Shown here: one piece after another, positions 25,100 through 38,604 of the stretch | Layout: the number at the start of each line of letters is the position of its first letter | Numbering within the stretch: the stretch's first letter is position 1 | NCBI GenBank assembly: GCA_002269645.1 | Contig: NIVC01001982.1 | Location: forward strand, 124,001-188,000 | Direction: 5' to 3' | DNA length: 64,000 nucleotides | DNA from: Macrostomum lignano | Lineage: Eukaryota | Notes under the pieces: generated by a model | Database searches by the model: none | The model's input: only the letters and a program-made list of their open reading frames with translations | What the model was told of the DNA's origin: nothing | Position numbers and translations under genes: made by a program

Positions 25100-25665
25100 A
25101 AAAGGACCCGGAAATATATGTTAAGAAATGGATATGATAGAATAGGACCCGGATGTGGATGGAGAGGACCCGGATATTGATGGAGAGGACCCGGATAAGG
25201 ATGGAGAGGACCCAGATTTGAATGGAGAGGACCCGGATACGGATGGAAAGGACCCGGATATGAATGGAGATGACCCGGATATGAATGGAGAGGACCCAGA
25301 TCTGAATGGAGAGGACTCGGATCTGAATGGAGAGGACTCGGATCTGAATGGAGAGGACCCAGATATTAATGGAGAGGACCCGGATACGGATGGAGAGGAC
25401 CCGGATATGAATAAAGAGGACCCAGATATTGATGGAGAGGACCCGGATAAGGATGGAGAGGACCCTGATATTGATGGAGAGGAACCGGATCTGAATGGAG
25501 AGGACCCGGATATGGACGGAGAGGACCAATATATGGATAGATACGAATGCAGACAACCCGGATATGGATGAAGAAGACTCGGATATAGATGAAAAGGACC
25601 CGAATATGAATGAAAAAATCCGGAAATCGATGAAGAGGACCCGGGTATGGATTGTGAGGGCCCGA
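25100..25665. repeat. 21-bp minisatellite in GalNAc-T intron 3 (GATGGAGAGGACCCGGATATN type)
   Basis: Read directly: about 20 divergent units. It produces three spurious repetitive ORFs. Confidence 0.92.
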
Positions 25666-25842
25666 TATTGTTAGAGAGAATCAGATACGAATGGGGAGAA
25701 TTTAGATATGGAAGGACGGGGCCACTAATACTGGGGATAAGACCCAAACGTACTTTACTAAAGCCACAGTAGCCTTAAATAGACGTTGATGGCAGGGATT
25801 TTAAGGGGAAAATATAATTTGAATATACTCTCATTCTAATAC

Positions 25843-26266
25843 CTTGTTGTGGCACCGCTGCAGGCTGACTTCAGCGCCTCCTTGTCGCCTAATTCCGTCA
25901 AGGCACCAGGCATCTCCGCCAACTAGGCGGAAGGACTGAATGACCCCGATTCGCGTGCTGTTGCCCCATCTCAGCTGCTCAGGGTAGACGTGCTCCAAGT
26001 ACCAGCGAAACGAATGGCAGTTGAGCCGTTTTCGGAGAGCCAGTCGATCAGAAACATCGCCATAATCGCCCAGCAGGTTGTTAAACTGGCGATAATAAAT
26101 ATGCTTGAAATTATCCATCCACACTTCGGCCATTCGAATAGTGTTCCGCTTGAGAACGTCGCCGGACCCTTCGCCCCAGGAGTAGGGGCTTCGGGTGCGG
26201 AACACGTGGCCGATGATTGAGCAGGGCAAAATCTCGATGCGACCGCCGCACATCCAGATGCGGAAA
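25843..26266 (-). CDS. GalNAc-T exon 3 (Gal/GalNAc-T motif region, start of lectin domain)
   Basis: [29 protein letters not shown]; AEVWMD; C(H)[12 protein letters not shown]. Both splice sites are in phase. Confidence 0.92.
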
Positions 26267-26558
26267 CTGCAAGGAATTTTTGTTTGGATAATTTTGTTTG
26301 AATGTGAGTCAGGCACAACACTCGAGCAACTTTTAAAGGGTGCATAGTGGTTTTGACTTTCTCATCGTTTGGTTGGCTGGTAGGTACACACGCTCTCAGG
26401 ATCCTCATACAGTAGGATCAGCTGGGATGAGATTTGACGAGTGATTCGTGTTAAAATTGGCTGGATAAATATGTGGATGTACTTTTAAAAAAATCATTAT
26501 CTCTGTATACTAATAGATTTTCATTAGATTAGTCCCGAATATGTACATCTATGCTCAC

Positions 26559-27238
26559 CTGATTTCAAGATTCTCTGCGCCCCAAATCTCCATGCCTTCA
26601 TCGTATCGACCAAGCTCGTCAAAGTAGCTCCTATCGATGGTGAAAAGTCCTCCGGCCATGGTTGGCGTCGGCACCGGCTGAGCCAGGCTGCTGAGATTCT
26701 GTCGGATTCTCTGCGGCATCGACTGCCAGCTGAAGCTCATGGTATTCCAGCGGAATCCACCAACAACCATGCGCTCGTTGGCTACGTGGAAGAAGCCGAA
26801 GTTATCTTCGTTGATAACATCGATGTAGGGCACGGCGACATTTCGTCGATCATCTCGGATGCGTTGGAGCAGCGGCTCCAGCCAGCCGTCGGTGCACTCG
26901 ATGTGCGAGTCTAGGAAGGTCAGCGTCTGCCCGGTGGCCACAGACGCGCCAACCAATCTTGATCGAATTAAACCTTCGCGTTTCTTGTTGCGCAACAACC
27001 GTACGCGACCGAGTTTTGCCAGGTAATCTTCAAGGGGTCGGCCTAGGTGAGGTCGATTAGAGAAGTCGTCTACTAGAATGATCTCGTGCAGCAAAGCAGG
27101 CGGTGCTCTGTCCAGCACAGAGTGGATGCTGCGCAGAAGGACGCTCCAGGCCTCGTTGTGCATGCACATGATGACGCTGGTGTTTGGCAGCTGCTCAATC
27201 GAGTACTTTCTGTTTCGGCAGTCCTTTGGACGGTAATC
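26559..27238 (-). CDS. GalNAc-T exon 2 (GT27 catalytic domain)
   Basis: SVIMCMHNEAWSVLLRSIHSV, EIILVDDFS, REGLIRSRL, FLDSHIE (DxH), PTMAGGLF, WGAENLE. Confidence 0.95.
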
Positions 27239-27477
27239 CTGATAATTATAACAAACGATAAGTTTTTTTGTCATTTAAGAAGCTTTCTCAGAATCTATCT
27301 GCATTATCCTGTTTCGCTAAAAAACTATTGCCATAAAGGTGCTACAAATTGGTCAAGTATTCAGTAATAGCACCCAGAAAAGTGCTCAGTCTAGTTAATT
27401 GGCCCTAGCTAGAAAAATACTTCATCTATCGATGCTCAAAAAAGCTACTCTGACAAAAAATCGAAGGTAAAAATTAC

Positions 27478-28179
27478 CTGCAACCTGCGTTGCACACTGA
27501 TTAGTTCGCTGGCGTATTCGTTGAACGCATTCTCCTTCCAGCCTCGCTCGAATCGTTCGAGTTGGCGCTGATCCAGCAGCTGCTTGTTGACTACCACGCT
27601 GGCGCCGAGCTCGCCGGGACCTGTCGGGGTCGGCAACTTGCTGGTGACTTGCTGGGTTGTCGTCGGCGTTGTTTCAGTCGACGTCTTGCTTGTTTTTGCA
27701 GTTACGGACGAAGTTTTGGTCGTTCCTGTGGTTGTCTTTGCTGTCGTCGTCGTTGTTTCTTCGGCTGTTGTTGTCTCAGTGGCAGCCTTCCTCAAATCTG
27801 CCAGACGTTGCCTGAATTGCTCATTTTTACGTTTCAACTTAGCCATTCGGTTACGGATGTCTGCATCGATTGCCGAAGCAACATCGTCTCTGCTTTTCTT
27901 AGTTGAGCGGGATTTATCTGCTGAATCGGCATTCCACAGCTCGGCTCTGACGCGCTCTTTATCTAGTCGAATCGCCTCCCGAATCGAGCCCAAGACCGAA
28001 TCGTCGACATCGTCTTTGCTGCCGTCCAGTAGTCTGTCGCCGCGATCTTCAACCGGTTGATCACTGCCACCGTTGTGAGAGCCGATCAAGAAGAGAGCGA
28101 CGGCGAACCACAACAGTGGAATGAGCAGCAGTACGCGATAGTTGACTAGGCGCCTCAGGGACCAGACCACCAGGGACAT
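27478..28179 (-). CDS. Polypeptide N-acetylgalactosaminyltransferase (GALNT family) exon 1: TM anchor and stem
   Basis: N-terminal type II TM segment (VLLLIPLLWFAVALFLIG), Thr-rich stem, GPGELG...GWKENAFNEYASELISVQRRLQ|GTAATT. Confidence 0.9.
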
Positions 28180-30179
28180 GAGGACTCAGAAATCAGGATG
28201 CAATCGGCAGTTTAAAAATCTAATAAAGACACGCGCAGACTAACAAAGTACTGTGCAACATTTATGCGCTGTTGTTTTACTGCAGTAACTCAGTATTTAC
28301 TGCTTTACAAGCTTCCGTAGTTCCTCCCCCGAAGTTTTTGAGGACTATGAGGCGATCGGATTTATTTTTCTCTCCAGATCTTTTCTCCCATTCTTATGGA
28401 GGATTTGAATAGCAATTCTATACTATATTGCCAGCTGTTGTTTTTGCGGCGTAGGGATTGTGGGTCAATTCTCGGGATTAAATACGCGTGCGCGCACTCG
28501 CGAATTACCTGAAGGGGGCAGAAACAAAGCCAGTCACGTAGTATAGAGCTGACTGCAGAAGCAACAGCTTGTGCGAAGCGGCGGCATTGCGGCACGCTTA
28601 GGCTTGGCGTCCTCTGGCAAGATAGTCTTCCACAATGCGCACAATAAGACTAAGACTTTAATGTTCAAACTGTAACTTTATAGTAACTGGTCTTTGGGAA
28701 AATAACTATGAATTTGATTCACTGTGTCGTACTCACTTATAAATGTTGAATGAGAGTTGTTGGTAGAGACGCTTGAGAATCACGTGATCGGAAACTGGAT
28801 TAGAAGAGAGAAATACGCTTTGTCAGTCAAATCTCTATTCAGTCTGGAGTGAACGGCGTGCAGCCTTGATGTGAGCGAGCGCTATAGCTGAGACAGGCGC
28901 ACGGACACAACTTTGAAGGCCGGGTCTGTCGGTCTACTAAAGCTGCGTCCGTGACCCCAACCTCTTTCCACCATCTTTCCTCCGTCCCGCTCTCATTGAA
29001 TCGGTCGCCGCCTCTCTGTTCACTAATTACAAATGCACACTGAAGAGCCGCGTCACGAAAACGGTGTGCGGTTGTGACGTTTTCCTGTCACACATTAGCG
29101 TATAATTGACACAGAGATGACGTTTGGTCTAGAATTGCGGTCGCAGCACAATTATGGCTGATAATAAACGTGCCAGCAATTGATTTTAGGAAAATATCAA
29201 TCAGCTGACTAAAATGGTAATCTTTTTTATAAGCTAGATTTTTCTGTTGCATTGTATGAAGTGAGTGGATTTAAAAGAAAGTAAAGTAATGAAAAACGCA
29301 TACTATGTACGACTTAAAATTAATCTTTGATTTAAATTTCTTTTAATATTGTGCAGTTTCATGTTTAAACACGATTGAGCAATAATGTGATTGTTTACGT
29401 CTTAAAAGTATTGTTTAAATTTATCCATAAAGATACTATTAAAACAAACTAATCATTCTGGCCGCTGCGCATTTATTAGAATAATTTACCTAAAGAATGC
29501 AACAAGCGGTTCTATAATTATACTGATATCAACCTATACTACTAATTAAAAGTAGAGTTAGTCACCCGGTTTAAGTTAGAAAGGAGAAGACACCCATCGT
29601 ACGAGTTCGTAGTACGTTTGGCGTAACGTCGTTCATTCTGGACGGACAAGCTGCTCTTTGTTTGTTGGGCTGCCGAGACAGGCGCACGGATGGTCCAAGC
29701 TACAGCTCGTCCGATGGTCCAAGCTGATGCTCGCCTGATGCTCAACGGCCGTTTACAACTCACCCAGAACTACGAGTATGTCCAAATCCTGGCGGGCATA
29801 GCTGTCCTGGCTCGACGTCATCCAGATGACGGACAAACAGTCAAACCCCAGCGAGTGTATGAGGTAGTCGCGGACATTGAGGCTGCACTTGTTGAACACA
29901 ACAATTACACATGCTCTGAATCAAATTGACTATTTAGAGTTTACAAACCATTTTTAGAATATGGACATGTTTAATTATATAGATTATATCTTTATAGAGT
30001 TCAACAGGATTTGCTATATTATTTTATTGACTGACTGAACAATATACCAATATTGATAGGCTGCAGAGGGCAGAAACGAGCTATAACGCCGAGGCGTGTA
30101 GCACCGAGGAGTGTTGGCTCGTTTCTGCCCGATGCGGCCCATCCATATTAGTGTTATAGTTAGCGGGCGAGAAACCGCG

Positions 30180-30362
30180 TTTCACGGCCCGCTGAGACTG
30201 TCTATGGTAAAATCCCATTTACTCCAATGCATTCAGTCGGTTTCACGGCCCGCTGAGACTGTCTATGGTAAAATCCCATTTACTCCAATGCATTCAGTCG
30301 GTTTCACGGCCCGCTGAGACTGTCTATGGTAAAATCCCATTTACTCCAATCCAGTCAGTCGG
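30180..30362. repeat. 61-bp tandem repeat, three copies
   Basis: tttcacggcccgctgagactgtctatggtaaaatcccatttactccaatgcattcagtcgg starts at 30180, 30241 and 30302. Confidence 0.92.
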
Positions 30363-30567
30363 TTTCATGGCAAAGTCTATGGCAAATTCTATGAAAATGT
30401 CTATGGCAAAGTCAGAAGAAAGTGGGGTCAAATGGCGCTGAGCCTCCTTGCGGGGGTGTTGGGGCGGAGCCCCCACATTAGCACACCAGTACTCTAGACA
30501 ACGAAAGAAAGAATGAAGTCTAAAAAGTTGTCTATGGCCAAAACTCCTTTATTTTGCGAAGAAAATA

Positions 30568-30764
30568 TATAGCTTTTTGCATTCTAGTTTGGACTGCGGG
30601 CTTTTAATTTGGACACAGAGTTGAGCAAAGCCCAGAGAATGCTGGCTAGTCTATGGCACAAATCAGAAGCAACTGACGGGCTTTTAAATTCGACAGCGGG
30701 CAGTTTGGAAACTCTGTGTCCAAATTAAAAGCCCGCAGTCCAAACTAGAACGCAAAAAGCTATA
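30568..30764. mobile_element. MITE-like element with 55-bp near-perfect terminal inverted repeats
   Basis: The arms at 30568-30622 and 30710-30764 are reverse complements with one mismatch. TATA at both ends. Confidence 0.75.
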
Positions 30765-32035
30765 GTAAGTGATACTAAGCATTATGAATCAGTACTAAGC
30801 TTTACTTTCAAAATATAACAATTAGTAGAAACATTAACTAGATATAATACTTATATGCATACGAGTTTTTTTACTTATTGAAGTTGGCCATAGATAATTG
30901 CAGCGGGCGGGATGCCTGCGTTTCACCCCGTTTGTGCAATGTGCATTCTTTTAACCCCCCCCCTTTGTGCTTTTAAGCATCAATTATTCATACGTTTGTT
31001 TTTACCAAAAATATAAATATCGACTTGTGAGCTTCAGAAACTCGAATTTTTTATTTCTCGCACTAACAACTATAGTGTTGTTTTAGCCAGCACCGGAGAT
31101 ACTGGCACCAGCGCCAGCAGTATAATACCTACAGTGCAAGTCCCTTTTGATAAAAACAGTGTGTAACCGGCTATTCAATACCGACAGGTCCAAGTGTGAT
31201 TGCGAAGCAAATAACCGTGAATACGACACATTAACTTTAAGCACCAATAGCTAGATGTGGTTTGAAAAGTTTCAATTAGAAAGATTTTTGTTTACCACCT
31301 GAAAGAGACTGTTTACTGTCTCTTTCGCGGTAGTCGGTAAGTATTCCTGTTAATTACCCATAAGAGGTTGTCCATGTTTCACCGTCCTCCCGCAGCTATA
31401 TGCAGCAAACGATTACATAATCGGGTTAGATAGCGTGAAGCACACAGCAGAATGTCAGAGAATTTTCGCTTTATTGATAGATAACAAAATTCTCAAGTTA
31501 GAGCTCGGCTTGCAAGTTGACGTGTTAAGTTGAAAATTTGGTTGTTTGTTTTAATCCGCAGATTTTAACTGATTATTTTTAAAAAAAATGATTTCTAGGA
31601 AATTCTATCAGAAAGTCTTAACATTTCGATGCCAGGGTTAGTGATATAATTTGCAGTTTTGCTAGCAATAACTGCTGCTATCAGTTTATTTAGGTTTATA
31701 AAATATTCAATAAGATTGAACATAAGAGGAGAATTTCTTCAACAATAGTTAGTCTTGGTTTAATTTCAAACTGAAAAAAACTTTATAAATATTAGGGCAA
31801 ATTATTAATTATATATATATTCATACGTGTACACTTTTAGGGCGAGGCGGTTAACTAGACATACGAGTAATTCGACTTGTGTAGATACGAGGTATATTTG
31901 TCATACTTATAAGTAGTGTCTTTGGTTTTAGGCTCTGTTAGGTTTTTTATAGTTGCTTTTGGACTTCAAATTGTCTCAACATATCGAGTGTAAATTTCTG
32001 CGATCATCAAAATTTGACTGACTTTGAAGTCGAAT

Positions 32036-33228
32036 TCAGCCGTTTGAGCACAGCAGGTCAAGCTGGTGAAACTCGTCCAGGCTGAGAGCTCCAAGGCTGA
32101 AACCGTAGCAGAACATTGTGCCGTTCAGGCAATTTGAGTCTGTCGATGACCGTCCCAGATTCAGTATCTCAAATCGATCTACCGAGTAGACGCTTGATTC
32201 GCGTTCAACCGAATCAGCTAAAATCAGGGAGCCGTTAAAGTAAAATTGGTGCACGGCGGTTCCATTGCAAGCGAATCCCGTTGACATCACTCGCTGGGCT
32301 ACGTCAGATGGCAGGATTGGGTGCGACTTAGAGCGAATTTTTCTATTCCCATTTACGTCCGGTTCCACCTTAACAACGTCGTAGATTTTTCGCTCTTTCA
32401 AATAAAACGAATTTCCTAACTCGGAAATGTTGTTCGAAAACTTTTGATAGAACTGGACACTAAAATAGTGAAAAGATTCTGCAAGTCTTGGTCGTGGTCA
32501 GCCACTACATTTAACTCTTAAATGCAATATTCACGCCTCAGCTTACAGCGAATCGTAGAACAAGTGCCGAACTCGAACGAATGCAGAGTATTTTTCACCG
32601 AGCTTGAAGTATCTCCAGAATCCGGGAGTCGCTGTGCTCAGGAATGAGGCAGAATGACCATCAAAGTGAGCACCTACTGAGTCGACTTTCACATTGCGAG
32701 ACTTCAGACAGAACTGTCTCGGGTTGACTTCATTCCTGAGACCGCTCCTCGAGAACTTGTAGAACAGCTTCAGTTTGAGCTTGGTGAACTCGGGCTTGGG
32801 CAAGTCTGAAACAATATTTGAGTACTCGATCAGCTCATTTGAGACGGAATAAATGAAAATTTCAGTCCAAATACGTACGAGCTGCTGTGCAACTCACCGC
32901 AGTCTCTGCACAGCACATCCGTGTACTTGTACGAGTCGCAGTCGCCTTCGTCAGTCCATTGCTTGAGTTCTGAGCACGCGTCTCCATGGTAACACTGGCC
33001 AGTGCCAATTTTGAAGTGGAATGCGTTGCAGGTGGGCAGTCGGGAGCAGGCGGCGGCGCACTGCAGCTTGCTGGTCAGCTTTTGCGGCAGCAGAGAGGCT
33101 TCTTCGGTGGGACAGCCATGGAACTTCTCGAACGACAGCTTAGAGGCGGAGGCACCGGCTGCTGAGCTCCAGCCTAGCAGTGAGAGTATCAGTGACAGGG
33201 ATAGGACCTTGCTAATCCTTCTCATCAT
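32036..33228 (-). CDS. Secreted PAN/apple + LamG/pentraxin-like protein, copy 1 (exons 33228-32898, 32805-32547, 32459-32036)
   Basis: Signal peptide; PAN pattern SKLQCAAACSRLPTCNAFHF..G.C; GT-AG joins restore one frame; C-terminal FYFNG...LNLGRS...LNGTM...ALSLDEFHQL resembles a LamG_3 jelly-roll. Confidence 0.75.
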
Positions 33229-34552
33229 GGTAGGTGTTGCAGTAATTGCACTACGCCTGCTGCTGATAGCTCACTGAATGGCAAGATGGCTCGAGTTTTT
33301 AAAAGCTCGAGACAAGTCTCCACACAAGCCACTGCATTATGGAACGGAAGTATTCAGTCGCCTAAATTGGATTCCATTACTTATGCCATTGAGATGCCAT
33401 TAGTCGCCATAATGGGATGAAATATTGGAATTTCTTCCATTTCCTATAGGCGCATCAGCTGTGTTTCCTGCTTGCAAACTCTGTTGGCGCTAAGCGTTTT
33501 TCGGTAAGCAAATGTGAGCGACTAACTGTCTTTGCATAGGCTCGGACGGTGCCAACGATCCCTGGTCTAAGAATTGTTTTAATGTGACAGCAATATTGCT
33601 GGCTTTTAGCCATTGCAATTAGGGTGGCTGGCAGTTTACATAGGAGCCTTAGTTGCAAGGTGTTTGCATTAGCTTGCTGAATATTTTTTTCGCGATTTTT
33701 GTTAACAGCACTATCTGTCGGACCGGAGCCCGCACGCGAGTGAAACAATATCAATTAAACAGACAGGAGATTATAGACATTAAAAGGGTCTTATAGGGAT
33801 ATGAAATATATATTTAGAATCAGATTATTTAACGGCATCGATGCCAACTCAATATTGAAGGAAATGTCAAATAGATACTTATAACATTTTTATGAGATTT
33901 GCTACATTTTGGGGAATGCAAAATACCATAGGCATCAAAGCTGTGTACCAGCTTAGAAGCGATCATTTTGCGAGAAACGACGCGGCTGCATAGACAAGGG
34001 CTACTCAAGTAGAAGGACTGGAAACGACACTTCTTGGAAAATTTTAGAAGGCCGGAAAAATATATATTACGGAGAATGGAGGCTTTTATTAGTGTAACTG
34101 TGTAAGAAAATGTGTAACAGAATGATGAAATAGATTCATAAAACCAATGAGTCGAGCTGTGCCATTTTTATGGGATGAACATTGGATCAGCCTCCTATCA
34201 AAAGCAATAACCATTTTTGCGCTGAAAAATTGAAAGCCTTCATTCTCGGTAATGTATTTTAAGGCAAAACATGCCTCTTAAAAACTTTCCAAGAGACGAA
34301 GTTTCCTGTCCTTCTACTTGAGTGGCCCTTGTTCATAAACTGGAGTGGATTCGAGATATTTAGACGACGGCTTAGTTGGTTGTCTGAAATTACATCTTTT
34401 TACAGCATCAGAACCTAAATTAACCTAACTGCTTCACTTTAATTTTCAGCTTAAAATTATTAAAGCGTTATAAGAATCTCTTTGTAATTGTTATTGCCTA
34501 AATTAATTAAGTAAATTTTATTATCAACATTTGACTGACTTCGAAGTCGAGT

Positions 34553-35720
34553 TCAGTCATTCGAGCACAGCAGCTCGAGTTGGTGAAAGTCATCCAGGCT
34601 GAAAGCTCCAAGACTGAAACCGTAGCAGAACATTGTGCCGTTCAGGCAACTTTGAGTCTGTCGATGACCGTCCCAGATTCAGTATCTGAGATCGATCTAC
34701 CGAGTAGACATGGTTTGTGGCGCTTGTCACGACACAACAATATGAATCGACTGTAGCAAGGGAGCCGTTGAATTAGAAGTGCTGCACAGCGGTTTCATTG
34801 AAGGTGAATCCCGCAGAAATGACTAGCTGATTTCCATCAGATGACAGTATACGTGCCGATGTGCAGTGACTTTGAAGTTCGAATGAGATTTTGCCTACCT
34901 TAGCAAAGTCGCGTATACGGCTACGTGATGAAAAGGATGAATTGCCGTAAGAGCCACTCGCCGATTAAAACCAGTGATAATTCTGATTTCTGAAATGGTA
35001 CAATTTTTTCTGAATACAATTTCTAAAACCGAGTTTAATTGAAACAAGATTAACGCATGCAATATTCACGCCTCAGCTTACAGCGAATCGTTGAACAAGT
35101 GCTGCACTCGAACGAAAGGAGAGTACTTTTCACCGAGCTTGAAGAATCTCCAGAATCCGGGAGTCGCTGTGCTCAGGAATGAGCCAGAATTACCATCAAA
35201 GTGAGCACCTACTGAGTCGATTTTTACGTTGCGAGACTTTAGACAGAACTGTCTCGGGTTGACTTCATTCCTGAGACCGCTCCTCGAGAACTTGTAGAAC
35301 AGCTTCAGTTTGAGCTTGGTGAACTCGGGCTTAGGCAAGTCTGAAACAATATTTAAGTACTGGATCAGCTCATTTGAGACGGAATAAATGAAAATTTCAG
35401 TCCAAATACGTATGATCGAGCTGCTGTGCAACTCACCGCAGTCTCCGCACAGCACATCCATGTACTTGTACGAGTCGCAGTCGCCTTCGTCAGTCCATTG
35501 CTTGAGTTCTGAGCACGCGTCGCCATGGTAACACTGGCCGGTGCCAATTTTGAAGTGGAATGCGTTGCAGGTGGGCAGTCGGGAGCAGAGAGGCTTCTGC
35601 GGTGGGACAGCCATGGAACTTCTCGAACAATGGCACTACTGCAATAGCGGCTGCTGAACTCCAGCCTAGCAGCAAGAGAATCAGTGACAGTGCTGGGAAT
35701 TCGCTAATCCATCTCATCAT
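34553..35720 (-). pseudogene. PAN + LamG-like paralog, copy 2 (disrupted)
   Basis: 44-nt frameshifting deletion in the PAN exon relative to copies 1 and 3. TAC-to-TAA stop in the HFYFNG motif of exon 3. Confidence 0.8.
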
Positions 35721-36624
35721 GATCGGTGTTGCTGTATTTGTAGCTGGTTTGACATTCAATTCAAGACTTTCGCCTCCTGCTGATAGCTCGAATTTTTAGA
35801 AGCTTTAGACAAGTCTTGTACTCGTAAAGAGTTTGCATTATCGAACGGAAGTATTCAGTCGGTAAAACGCGATTCAATATCTCATTTATCCTATTTCTTT
35901 GACACATTAACTTAGTTTCCTGCTTGCAGACTCTCAAGCTTTGCAGACTATCAAGCTTTTCTCGGTCTCGAAAGCAAATGTTGATCGAGTAACCATGTCA
36001 TTGCATAGGCTCGGTGCCATTTCTATTTTCTATTTTCTATTTCTAGAATATTTCGCTATTTGTTTCAATAGCGCCTTCTACCGGTATATTGTGAAGGAAG
36101 CGTCTCTTCTGTAAGTTAGCTTTTAATAATCTGTCGGAGAGGGAGCTAGAACACGACTAAAATAATAAACAATTTAGTAATATTACAGACAGAGATTATA
36201 GACCTCAAAAGGATCTCATTAGGATTTGAAATGTATATTTAGAATCCGGCTGTAACAGCCTGGATGCCAACTAATTATTAAAAGGGAATATCAAATAAGT
36301 TATTATATGTTTTAAGAATACATTCAATTGAGTTCGAAGTTTTATAGGGATCAAAGCTGTTTCCCTAAAACGCGATTGTTATTGTTTCTTCTGAAATTAT
36401 TCCTTCAATTGAAGAGTTGAGTCAGGATACGCTTGTCATTCGACGACTGATTGATCGCGATCGGTTGTTTGAAACGTATTTTTATAGCGTCAGCGCATAA
36501 AGCATTCTTTCCAAAACTTATTAGAGTACTGATATTAAAATCTCTTTAGAGTTCTTACTCCCTATATTAATTGAGTAAATATCTCTTCTACTATAACAAC
36601 CGTTGACTGACTTTGAGGTTGAAT

Positions 36625-37797
36625 TCAGTCATTTGAGCACAGCAGCTCGAGCTGGTGAAACTCGTCGAGGCTGAGAGCTCCAAGGCTGAAACCGTAGCAG
36701 AACATTGTGCCGTTCAGGCACTTTGAGTCTTTCGATGACAGCCCCAGATTCAGTCTCTCGAATCGATCGACAGAGAAGGCACTACTCTTACGTTCAGATG
36801 AATCGACTGTAGCGATGGAGCCGTTGAAGTAGAAGTGCTGCACGGCGGTTTCACTGAAGGTGAATCCGGCAGACATGACTAGCTGATCTCCGTCAGATGG
36901 CGGGATGAATGCCGATGTGCAGTGGCGTTGAAGCTCAGATGAGACTTCGTTCACCCTACCAAAGTCGCAAATCCGCCTACCTGATGAAAAAAACGAATTG
37001 CCGAAATCGCCACTCGCCGATAGAAACCGGTGATAATTCTGATTTCTGAAATTGTACCATTTTTTCAAATTAAATGTCAAGAAAACGAGTTTACTTAAAA
37101 CAACCCTTCAAAATTCAGGTCGCAGCTTACAGCGAATCGTTGAACAAGTGCTGCACTCGAACGAAAGCAGAGTACTTTTCACCGAGCTTGAAGAATCTCC
37201 AGAATCCGGGAGTCTCAGTTCTCAGGAATGAGTCAGAATGACCACCAAAGTGAGCACCCACTAAGTCGATTGTCACGTTGCGAGACTTCAGACAGAACTG
37301 TCTCGGGTTGACTTCATTCCTGAGACCGCTCCTCGAGAACTTGTAGAACAGCTTCAGTTTGAGCTTAGAGTACTCGGGCTTGGGCATGTCTAAAACAAAT
37401 AATTAAGTACTCGATCAGCTCATTTGAGACGGAATAAACTAAAATTTCAGTCCAACTCACCCCAGTCTCCGCACAGCACATCCATGTACTTGTACGAGTC
37501 GCAGTCGTCTTCGTCAGTCCATTGCTTGAGTTCTGAGCACGCGTCTCCATGGTAACACTGGCCGGTCCTAATTTCAAACTGGAAAGCATTGCAGGTGGGC
37601 AGACGGGAGCAGGCGGCGGCGCACTGCAGCTTGCTGGTCAGCTTCTGCGGCAGCAGAGAGGCTTCTTCGGTGGGACAGCCATTGAACTTCTCGAACGACA
37701 GAACTACAGTAGCGGCTGCGGCTGCTGCTAGGCACAAGCAGAGCAGCAAGCTGAGAAGCAGCAGAGCTGATACTTGTAGTTTATCAATCCTCTTCAT
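36625..37797 (-). CDS. Secreted PAN/apple + LamG-like protein, copy 3 (exons 37797-37461, 37389-37131, 37045-36625)
   Basis: Same exon structure and phases as copy 1. Signal peptide LLLLSLLLCLCLAAAAA. Confidence 0.78.
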
Positions 37798-38604
37798 CGC
37801 ACAACTACAATGGCTAGCAGTTTTTTGAATTGATCCTCGCGGAGAATGCGATGTCGCGCAAAACGTTTTGAGTTTCCGATATACTGACTGTTTAAATGTA
37901 GAAGAAAAAAGAAAAATTTGTTTGTTAATCGCTCGGCAAATATCAACTTGGCAAACACAAAACCTTTTAGTGTCAATCTGTTTTTTTGAAAACCGGTTTA
38001 GAAGACGCGACGGAATCGTATAGACTGGATTTCCAAGAAGAAAGCTTTCTCTTGCCTCATTCGTTTGTCAATTTCTTTTTATCTTCCGCCGCAGAAGCAC
38101 GCCACGTATATTTTCTGTACGCTTGCTATAGATATTTGAATAAGGCTTCAGCAATACTCATCTTCTGATTTCAGACTAATAGTCAGCAGATCTTGCCAGG
38201 CACAGTGGGTCGCTAGGAGGACGGTGTGAGCCTCAGAGCAGACTCAAGAGGTCTGGGTTTAGGATGACAACTGAGTCAGCAAAATTGGAGAACTAGGGCA
38301 ATTGCAGAACTGGAGAGAGAACAGAGCTAAAGAATCCTTGATTGGAAAACAAGGCTTGAGAGGGCTCGCATTTATAGGCAGGAAATATTGCACCATTACG
38401 CGCGAGACCCCGATTTTTCCTAATTTTTACACGGTCACCAATCTTGATTATACAGTATCTCTATTTTGAACCTTAATGTAAGAAAAATGAACAGTGAGCT
38501 CTTAAGGATGCGCGAGGGTTAAAGCGAATGCGTGCAGTTATTATAGATATAAACAAGGCAGCATAAATAAGGACAAGGTAGGGGCCTAAGCCTATTCTAA
38601 TAAA

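Noticed and set aside
25050-25747. DGEDPD-, SGSSP- and IRVLS-repeat ORFs
   Set aside because: 21-bp minisatellite inside a GalNAc-T intron whose flanking exons join in phase without it.
29590-29929. Isolated ORF MVQATARPMVQADARL...
   Set aside because: Short, with an internal duplication, no recognisable motif and no clear splice partners.
30180-30362. 61-bp and about 80-bp (44084-44470) repeats as CRISPR-like arrays
   Set aside because: Head-to-tail units without unique spacers, in eukaryotic context with no cas genes.
32806-32897. Apparent frameshift between the PAN ORF and the next ORF in copies 1 and 3
   Set aside because: Explained by a phase-1 GT-AG intron (GTGAGTTG...TTTCAG or TTTTAG) present in all three copies.
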